A stretch of 64,000 nucleotides of DNA from Selaginella moellendorffii (lineage: Eukaryota; Plantae; Lycopodiophyta), in NCBI RefSeq assembly GCF_000143415.4, contig NW_003314304.1:1499351-1563350 (forward strand), written 5' to 3'. Under the pieces are notes generated by a model. It made no database searches and was not told the DNA's origin. It was given only the letters and a program-made list of their open reading frames with translations. This document shows positions 39,230 to 49,125 of the stretch, one piece after another. Position 1 is the first letter of the stretch, and each line of letters begins with the position of its first letter. Position numbers and translations under genes: made by a program.

Positions 39230-41600
39230 AAGAATTTCCTTGGAATTATGTGACACTAAGCTTGGCATTGATGTTTATATCCAAGACTTTGGGTTGAGGC
39301 TCACTCTAGATGAAAAAGTGGATGAGAGTAAATGTTACTTACATGACTAAGAGTTCTAAGTTATTAGTAGTGGCATTAAACTCTCCAAGGTGTAACTTTT
39401 AGTCCAAAAGTCCAATTTGACAATTTTACTCTAGCTACTACAATTTTTTCATTGTTGATACTCACTGTAGCTTCATTCAACTCTACACTCTTTTACTTGA
39501 TTAAAGATGTAAAGTTTTGTGTCATGTTCTAGAATTTTGTCTATAGCTACAAGACCATAAATTTATCCATAAATGGATTGATATTACTATAAATAATTAA
39601 AGAGAACAATTTGAGAGACAATCAATGGAGTTCAAATATAAAGGGAGGGCTCATGAATAAAAATGCATCTTATTTTTCAATCAGTATGTGTTTTGGGATA
39701 TTTAGGGTTCAATGTTCTTGGGTTTAAGTAAAATATTAGGATGGGTGACTTTCTGGGAAGTTTAAATTTAGGAGTTTACATTTCATATTAGAAAGGTCTT
39801 GGGTTTAACTCTATTAGTTGACTTAGAGGAATCACATCACATATTAATTAACATTTAGCAGGTTTAATTTGCTGCAACTAAGCTCGACCTAAGGGGTAGG
39901 GTGTCAAGAGAATGGGGCTCTCGACTTCTATTCATGAGGGCATAAACTTACAGAGAAGCGTGGTAGATTGTAGGCAACCAAAGAGAATGACTTAAAAAAT
40001 GATCCATGGGGTTTAAATATAGAGGAAAAAGGCCTATGAATAAACATGCACCCCCTTTTCCAATTGGTCAATGGTCATATTTGGGGTTAAGCATCTCTAG
40101 GCTGGGTGGGAAGTCCAAATTCAAGAACTTACAATTACTTCAATGCAAAGGTATAGTTTTCAACTTCTCTCTCTTCCTTTCATATTCTTTTTTTTGTTTT
40201 GCACTATGTAGTGAGTGAAATGCTTTCACTTGTAAGTTTCTCGCAGGTGCGTGAATAAGACTTGATTAAATCTTATAACCTGCTTTTCCAAAGTTACATT
40301 TAAGATGGCCGAGTGAGCAGTGTGATGTGCTTTTACAATCAAGTGAATAGTGTCTTGACTTCTGCTAATCAAAGTTTGCTTATGGATATAATGTAAAATA
40401 GGTGGGGATGCAATAGGTTTGTTCATTTTTCTCCTAAAGAAAAATCATTCTTTTACTTCTTGTTAAATATATAGTTTTTGATTGTGATGTTCTTCACGTT
40501 TTTTTGAAGGGTGTAACATATGCTCCCTCAGCCAAAGATGTAATTGTTGATTCTATATTATAGGTAAAAGTTTGATAATTAGGATTGTTGCAGGTTTCAA
40601 TCTTAATTTTGATACCAATTTTTAAAGTTTTACCAAGTTTATTTTAAATTAATAAGTTTAAAAATTTTTCTTGACAATCATGAGAAGTCAACACTTTAAG
40701 TTGGAAAGATCACAAAGGTTAACCTTGACTATATAGTATCCAATTTTATTACAACTAAAATGTAGCTTGGATTATTCAATGATAATCTAAACACTTAGCC
40801 ATATGGAGATAAAATGATAATTATCAGCAACTTGCTCTAGATATTGCTTTCTAAGGAATTGTTCTTTTAAAAAACAATGGATTACTATTTTTATTCACAA
40901 TCTTGAAAATTGTGGCTCTTATAAAAAATGATGTAAATATAACATATATGATATTTAGAAACTACAAATGTGAAAGATAAGTTTCTTCTCAAAACTCTTT
41001 AAATGTTACTTATGGTTTTATTGGAGAAATGTTATACAAGTATGTATCACTTTTGCAAAGCATGTAAATCAATAGCAATAACATCCTTTATTCATAGTAC
41101 TTCTTTCAAGAATGCAATTTCAATTCATCTCCAACATTTCAAATGCAACCACTTGTCCTATTATTCTTATGATCACTACTTTTTGTTGATATCTTAACTT
41201 TCAAGGACAACCCATGAATCTCAAGTGTTATTTGGTTTGGATATTTTAGTTAGTCCAAAGGTGCTACTCTCACTCATGTTATTTTTGGAACATAAAATCT
41301 AAGTATTCCTTCTCTTCCTTTCTTTCTTTATAGTACAAAAATTGAATATAAAATTAAGTGGTCACTTGGTAAATACTTAGTACCACGAGGCATCCATAAA
41401 TGTTTCCATGTTGGATATGAAAATGAAATACAATCCACTATTGATATCTAAGGAAAAGCTATCAATTTTAAATAAGGTTACTAACAACTTTAGTGATGGA
41501 TTGTCCTAATCAACTTATTTGTATAAGTTTCTTTTAACACCAACAAAGCTTTCTTTCAAGAGCAAAAGAGGAAACTCTTGAGATTGTCCAATTGTAAAGA
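39230..41600 (+). pseudogene. BXL: GH3 beta-D-xylosidase pseudogene, copy B, retaining extra 5' exon sequence
   Basis: CDTKLGIDV..RLTLDEKV N-terminal motif plus the motifs seen in copy A. Confidence 0.75.
39588..40133 (+). mobile_element. Decayed full-length Cassandra TRIM (LTR 39588-39780, internal region, LTR 39969-40133) with ATTAC TSD
   Basis: Aligns to 43883-44475; ATTAC at 39583-39587 and 40134-40138. Confidence 0.8.
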
Positions 41601-43882
41601 GTAACAAAGATTAATCCAATCACTTACAAAATGATCTATAAATTTATAACAACATTTTGCCCAATCTCAGCAAAACCATTAGTAAATCAAAGTTCTAACC
41701 AACTTTTCATCTTTCCTTGATAATTTAGCTCCACTCGACTAGTATATAGAGCCCCAAGTTGAACAATGTACTTTCAAGATGGTCCTCTTTAACAAGTTCC
41801 ATATATAAATAATATAGTGACTTACCCTTTCCTCTCTTGTGAATTATTGTTTAAAGAGAGTTTGTTTCTAATTCACTTAAATTTTCCCCTTCAGAAACCA
41901 TTTAGTTTGGCATAAAATCTTAGCAACCCAATACTAAATACTAGCCCAAAACTTTGAGAAGAATATATCAACTAGTATATTAGTGATGATTTGAAGCTTG
42001 TTTTGCCAATTTACAAGCTATGATAAACGATTCAGATATTGGTTCTCTAAATGAGGATGGGATAGAGATTGGGAGTAAGCCTAGGCAAACATCTCTAATC
42101 CAAACTTTTCCATTTTGCTCATAAACTTGATTAGCTTTGCAAAGGTTTCGATAGAGTTTGTTTTCAAATTTTTGCATGTTATAAATGTTTATCAAGGCGA
42201 TGTAAATAGGAGTACACTACAATTATGGCTTGTCTTTTTTGTTATGATGGTGGTGATCGCAACCATCACCATGCTTTCGGCATCGTTATAAATGATTAAA
42301 TTTTCTTTTTTTACTTTAAGATCATCTAAAGGAGTCTCACTCATAATCTTTATAGGCCCTGATATTAATTTAAGTGTTTGTTAACCCTCAGATGTGTTTT
42401 TGCAACCACATCAACTTTGTACTTTGCTCTATGTGTCTAGTCCCACTTTGAATACCTAAAGGGCTACATAACCTCTCGGAAAGTCCAAATTTAAAAACTT
42501 ATATTTAGTATTAAAGAAGTCTTAAGTGTGACTCTATTAGTTGATTAAAAGAATTATACCACATGTTAAAATTGATATTTAATAGGTTTAGTTTACTCCA
42601 ATTGGGCTTGACTCGACGGGTAGGGTGTTAAAAGAGCAAGGCTCTTAGAAAATCTGCAACTTTCAACTTCTATTTACGAGAGCGTAAACTTGCAAAAAAG
42701 CATGATGGATTATAAACAATAAAAAAAAATGACTCAAAAATTATTAATATTGTTTTAAATATAAAAATGTACCCTTTGTTCCAATTAGTTATAAGTCTTT
42801 GGGTATTTGAGATTAAGCATCTTTAAATAATACGAGGTTGAATGATATTTTAGAAAGCTTAAATTCAGGAGATTATAGTGTCATAAACAATATAAGTTTA
42901 TGTTTGTAAAGAACATATCAAGAAAGAAAAAATTTTAAAATTACATAACCTTTTAAAAATGAAATATTTACTAGAATGCTAGAAATAAATATTTGGAGAG
43001 CCTTTTCATTAGAACTACTCCCAAATAACACTTGATGTGTTGCATATGAGTTCACAGTGAAAAATATCTTTATACTTCATTTTTAATAGAATTATAAGTG
43101 GTGTTTAATGCATATTTTATATTTTCTAAAAGATATTTGCAAACACTTATAAAGAATTTGCTGTTAAATTATTGTCATTCAAGCACTTGCTTACAATAGT
43201 AAAAGTTCAATACAATGTTTGATTTTATAGGATGGCATATATGTATAATTGAGGAGAGTAAACAAATTTTTATATGGAGTTTAGTAAGTAAATAGAATTG
43301 TGTATAATAACAATTTTGATAAGTTTTTAAAGTGTAGTTTGTAACATCTTTTAACTAAACATTGATTCAAAAAATAGGTTGAAGTTGGTAAAGATAATAT
43401 AAAGTTATCTTTAACAATATGTGATGATAAATAACAATTAAACATATATATTTAGTTTTGAAATGCACTATCTCAAAAGGTTTATTAATGTCAATTGAAT
43501 TCATTTTTAGAATTGTTTTACTAAAGATGCCAAAATAAAAAATGCCGCAAACATAAAATCATTTAAGTAGCTTTTCTTTAAAGCATTCAATACTGGAACA
43601 TCAAAATAAATATGAAAAAATATTTTCAAGCAATATGCAAAGATACCTTATCAACTTATATCAGGAAATGTAGCATAATCATAGTAAAAATAATATTCTG
43701 CAATAGTTATATTAATATAGAGGATGTTTGATTTATCATTGCTTTGCCAAATAGCTCAAAAATCAATATAATTAATGATTTATTTTAAATGCCCTACATA
43801 GTCTCTGTTAGATTAAACTAAAAACATAGATATATATCAATGTAAAATACCTTTGTAAATCCATACTGTTTTATCATCCAAG

Positions 43883-44923
43883 TGTAAGCAACCAAAGGGA
43901 ACGACTCGAGAGACGATCCATGGGGTTCAAATATAGAGGGAAAGGGCCCATGAACAAGAGTGCACCCCCTTTTCCAATCGGTTAAGGGTCTTGGGATAGT
44001 TGGAGTTAAGCGTCCTTGGGTTTGAATAGTACTGGGCTGGGTGACCTCCCGGGAAGTCCAAACTCAGGAGCTTACATTTGGTATCGGAGCGGTCTCGGGT
44101 CCGACTCTGTTGATTGGCTAGGGGAATCGCACCACATGTTGATTGACATCTGGCTGGTCCAGTTTGCTCCCGTTGGGCTCGACCCGAGGGGTAGGGTGTC
44201 AAGAGAGCGAGGCTCTCGGGAGAGCTGCGGCTCTCAGCTTCCGTTCACGAGGGCGTGAACTTGCAAGGAAGCGTGGTGGATTGTAAGCAACCAAAGGGAA
44301 CGACTCGAGAGACGATCCATGGGGTTCAAATATAGAGGGAAAGGGCCCATGAACAAGAGTGCACCCCCTTTTCTAATCGGTTAAGGGTCTTGGGATATTT
44401 GGGGTTAAGCGTCCTTGGGTTTGAATAGTACTGGGCTGGGTGACCTCCCGGGAAGTCCAAACTCAGGAGCTTACATTTGGTATCAGAGGGGTCTCGGGTC
44501 CGACTCTGTTGGTTGGCTAGGGGAATCACACCACATGTTGATTGACATCTGGCTGGTCCAGTTTGCTCGGGGAATCACACCACATGTTGATTGACATCTG
44601 GCTGGTCCAGTTTGCTCCCGCTGGGCTCGACCCGAGGGGTAGGGTGTCAAGAGAGCGGGGCTCTCAAGAGAGCTGCGGCTCTCAGCTTCCGTTCACGAGG
44701 GCGTGAACTTGCAGGGAAGCGTGGTGGATTGTAAGCAACCAAAGGGAACGACTCGAGAGACGATCCATGGGGTTCAAATATAGAGGGAAAGGGCCCATGA
44801 ACAAGAGTGCACCCCCTTTTCCAATCGGTTAAGGGTCTTGGGATAGTTGGAGTTAAGCGTCCTTGGGTTTGAATAGTACTGGGCTGGGTGACCTCCCGGG
44901 AAGTCCAAATTCAGGAGCTTACA
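43883..44923 (+). mobile_element. Tandem Cassandra-type TRIM array with three 194-bp LTRs (43883-44076, 44282-44475, 44730-44923)
   Basis: TGTAAGC...GCTTACA terminal inverted repeats; tRNA-iMet PBS TGGTATC(A/G)GAG after each LTR; purine-rich tract before LTR2 and LTR3; 5S rRNA-like core. Confidence 0.9.
44003..44059 (+). promoter_or_regulatory. 5S-rRNA-derived Pol III internal control region (A box-IE-C box) in the LTR; repeated in LTR2 and LTR3
   Basis: AGTTAAGCGTCCTTGGG..TAGTACTGGGCTGGGTGACCTCCCGGGAAGTCC versus plant 5S AGTTAAGCGTGCTTGGG..TAGTACTAGGATGGGTGACCTCCTGGGAAGTCC. Confidence 0.85.
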
Positions 44924-47900
44924 TTTGGTATCAGAGGCGGTGGTTCGTTGACTATAAGGAAAAACCATAACGTCGGACCCTTCGGCAGGGACTGAGGCAA
45001 AACCAGACAAGGTCGAACAGACTGAAGTGGAATCAGTCCCTCAAGCAGTTCCCAAGTACAAACCAAAGCCCCCACCAGTCTTCAAGGGAGTGAATGACTA
45101 TAAGGTGGTGGAGGATTGGTTTTACGATATGGAGGACTACTTCCGAGCGTTGCGGTTACCGAGCTCGGAGAAGGTCCCATGTGCAAAACCATACTTGGCA
45201 GATAATGCCAAGTCTTGGTGGAGAACAACGGAGGCCAACGAAGGACCGGTGGTCACTTGGGACATGATGAAGGCGAGGATCCGCGCAACATATGTTCCTC
45301 CGAATGCCACTCTGCATCTGAGGGATGAACTGAGTAGGCTGAAGCAGACTGGAACCATCCAGGAATATGTGATCCAGTCCCTAACTCAAAGTTACTCATT
45401 ACACGAGCAACTTTGGTAGAGAGTCGTTCGCGACATCTACTAGCCCTCCGAGGGAAGCTCGGAGGTAGCTTTGTTAAGATCCTTATTGACACGGGTGCTT
45501 CGGATAATTTTGTGGCTGCAGACATAGTCCGGCAAGCCGGACTAACGGTGCAGCGGCTAGGCGAACCAAGGACTATAGAGTTTGTTCAAGGTAGCCAAAG
45601 CACCGATGAGGTACTTCGACAAGCGAAAGTCGAAGTAGGGACTTGGAAAGTAGACATGGATTTCACCGTGTTGGACATGGCGGGATTTGACGTGATCTTC
45701 GGAATGGATTGGTTCAATCGGTTCGTGGTAGCCCTACATGGACAAGGTAGGAACCTTGTGGTACTGGCGAATGCCCAAGGAAAAAGATCTAGGGTGGAGG
45801 CCCAGGATCTAAAGGTAGGGCAAAGCAAGGCCAAAGAATCCTGCTTAAACCTGGTGTCCACGAGAGGACAACTCACTAAAGGAACTAAGGCAGCCTTTTT
45901 GTGCTTACTCTCGGTGAAGAGTGACAAAAAGACAAGAACGGAAGAAGTGCCTTTAGTGATCCAGCGAGTGCTGGACCAATTCCAGGATACCATGCCGGAG
46001 GAGCTACCGGCGGGGTTGCCCCCCGCACGACCGATAGAGCATAAGATTGAGCTGGTCGAGGGCGCAGAGGCGGTGGTTCGTCCACCCTATCGTTTGAACG
46101 AAAAAGAACTCAAGGAGCTCAAGTGCCAACTAGAGGAGTTGGTGGGCAAAGGGTATGTTAGGTTGAGCAAGTCGCCGTATGGGGCGCCGGTATTATTTGT
46201 GAAAAAGAAAGATGGATCTATGCGCATGTGCATAGATTACCGGTTGCTCAACAAATATACCAAGAAGAACAAGTACCCTTTGCCAAGGATTGAGGACCTG
46301 TTCGATAGGTTGGGAAAGGCAAAATACTTCTCGAGGATTGACCTAAGGTCAGGATACTACCAGATCAGGGTAGCTAAGGGAAGATGGTATGGACAGCGGA
46401 ATGCGAGGCGGCATTCGTCCACCTCAAAGGGAAGTTGAGGAAGGCTCCGGTGTTGGCATTACCAGACTTTGGTAAGGACTTTGAGGTAGACACCGATGCT
46501 TCGGACTTTGCGTTGGGCGCAGTTTTGAAGCAAGACAACCATCCAGTAGCGTTCTTCTCGAAGAAGCTGGACAAGGCTCAACAGAAGTGGCCTGCCCACG
46601 AGAAGGAATTGTTTGCGGTGGTCAAGGCGCTCAAGGAGTGGCGACACTACCTTGGGAGACACTTCAAGGTTTACACGGACAATGTGGCAACGAAACACTT
46701 CTTGTCACAACCCGACCTGAGAGGGAAACAAGGTCGGTGGGCCAATGCCTTGGCCGAGTTTGATTGCGAAATTCTGTACAAGCCTGGGAAGAGCAACATC
46801 GTAGCAGATGCGCTAAGTCGAAAAGCGAGCTTGAGGTTGGCGATCTCCAGCGCAACAGCAACCTTCTGGGACGATGTGCGGACAGCATATGAGAATGATG
46901 GTCTAGCACAAGAAGTGTTGTTGAGGAATCTGGAGGCGCGGGAAGCTCACCAGAGAGGTGAGCTGCCAACGGAAGAGAAAACGGGCTATGCGGAACGCAA
47001 CGGACTCATTTATTACAAGCAAACGAGGGTGTATGTTCCAGAAGGGGGACTAAGGAAGGTAGCCTTAGAAGAGTGTCATGACGGACCTCTTGCGGGACAC
47101 GGCGGAGTGCCCAAGACGATGGGCTTACTCAAGAGGAAGTACCATTGGCCAGATATGGCTAAGGACGTCCAAGACTATGTAAAGACATGCCCAATATGTC
47201 AGCAAGTCAAAGCCGTGACGAAGGCTAGTGGGGGCTTGTTGCAAAGCATCCCCATTCCAGATCGTCCGTGGAAATGTCTCACGATGGACTTCATCACGGG
47301 ACTACCCCCAAGCGAGGGGTTCGATGCGATATTCGTGGTGGTGGACCGATTTTCAAAGATGGCACATTTCATACCCACCACAACGGACGTGGATGCGGAA
47401 GGTGTGGCGAAGCTGTTCTTCGAACAAGTGGTTCGAGTGCGGGGAAGGCCGGAAGAGATTATCTCAGATCGAGATAAGATCTTCACTAGTAGGTTCTGGA
47501 GGACACTCCTAGAACAGTATCGCACCAAGTTGAAATTCAGCACAGCCTATCACCCACAGACAGGTAATGGGTATTAAGTCAAGATTGATGGCACTAACAC
47601 TTCTTGACAGACGGACAAACGGAAAGGGTGAATAGGCAGCTGGAGGATTATTTGTGATGCTATGTCTCGGGAGACCAGACCGACTGGGTAAGTCATTTGG
47701 GACTTGCGGAAATGTGTTATAACAACTCACCACATTCGAGCATCGGGGTGAGTCCATGGGAAGTCATCAATGGGCGAGCTATTGAAGGTCCTGTGGAACT
47801 CGGCGTGGCCGAGTATCATGGAGAGTTACCCGCAGTGGAGGCATTCACGGCGGAAAGACTCAACATTTGGAATCTAGTGAGGGATTCCTTGGAACGGGCT

Positions 47901-48440
47901 CAACAAAGGCAAACTAAGTACGCAAACCAAAAGCGTCGGGATGTGGAGTTCCAAGCTGGGGAGAAGGTGTGGCTGAACACCAAGAACCTCAAGCTGCCAA
48001 GTGGGATCAGCCGGAAGTTGACCCAAAGGTAAAAATGCATGTATTCCTGTAAATGAATTGATCTTGAGTTCCTTGAGCAGGTTCGCGGGGCCTTACGAGA
48101 TTGAGGCTCGAATCGGTAAAGTGGCTTACCGACTCCGACTTCCTCGAGAGATGGGGAAGATGCACCCAGTGTTCCACGTGAACTTACTCAAGCCGTACTT
48201 TGAGGATCCGCTTCGCAAGGACCAAGTAAGACCTCTACCCGAGGTTATCCAAGGGGAAGAGGAATACGAAGTTGAGGCCATCCTCAATGCGCGCAAGAGC
48301 AAGCGACAAGGACACGAGGTGAGAGAGTTCCATGTGAAGTGGAAAGGATTTCCACACTGCGAAGCAACATGGGAACCGGAGGAGAACCTAGCGAACGCGC
48401 GAGATCTAGTGGAGGAATTTCTGCAAGGCAGAACTCTATG
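44924..48440 (+). mobile_element. Defective chromoviral Ty3/gypsy gag-pol body: partial gag, protease, RT with catalytic core deleted, RNase H, integrase with 2 introns, chromodomain; no 3' LTR
   Basis: Gag [21 protein letters not shown]; PR LIDTGAS; [21 protein letters not shown] joined to [10 protein letters not shown] at ~46380; RH TDASD; IN HHCC, MDFITGLP, SDRD, HPQT|DGQTERVN, GPY; chromodomain EYEVEAIL..VKWKGF..TWEPEENL. Confidence 0.92.
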
Positions 48441-48495
48441 TACTTATGCAAAGTTCAATTAAAAATATCAATTTGAGAAGTTGAGCAAAAGCATA

Positions 48496-48887
48496 TGTTG
48501 GGACCCGAAGGCGCGCCGAAGGTAAGCTAATTAGCATGGGTTAGCTAGGTCGACCAGGCGTAGGGAGCTACGCCCGACTCCCTGCGGGGATGTCGAATCC
48601 GTAGACGTATTCTACGGAGGTTGGGTTCAAGTCCCAACCCCCTAGTAAAGCAAGGCTGGGTTCAAGTCCCGACCCTATACTAGGGCGTGGTGAGGTGAGG
48701 AGTATAGGGACACCTATATTCCGTTGTCATGGGCTCTTGGCCGGGGAGGCTAACTTAGGCACACCGCTAAGTGGGGGGATGCCCCCGGAGACATGGTCAA
48801 CAAGTCGTAGGATAAAAAAGAGACGTTCGATGTGGGCATCGAACTTCTTCTATGGGTGGTGGAGTTGTAAGGAACCAACTCTGAACA
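48496..48887. mobile_element. GC-rich, hairpin-dense insert with TGTT...AACA ends; probable solo LTR of another family
   Basis: LTR-like termini; absent from unit A; no TSD found. Confidence 0.5.
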
Positions 48888-49125
48888 CTGAATTCAACAC
48901 TGAAATGAACTTGAAACATTAGAATAAATAGAAAAGAATACTTTGGAGCTATAATGCAAACTTACCTCATTAACTTCTGCTATAAAATATACCTCAATCA
49001 TACCAAAGACATATAGTAATAATTATATAAAACATTTTATTTACCTTTGTCTTAGTAAACCATTTATATAGATTGATGATCTGCTTTAGTATGATGTTTG
49101 TTAGATAAAATTAAAAACTTAAATT

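Noticed and set aside
44003-44059. 5S rRNA gene or 5S rDNA array
   Set aside because: Only the internal control region matches; it sits inside TG..CA LTRs with a PBS, and the 5' part of 5S is absent.
43883-44923. CRISPR-like repeat-spacer array
   Set aside because: The repeats are 194 bp, the spacers are near-identical, and the context is eukaryotic.
47687-47692. GTAAGT as a third integrase intron donor
   Set aside because: The frame DWVSHLGLAEMCYN is continuous and conserved through this site.
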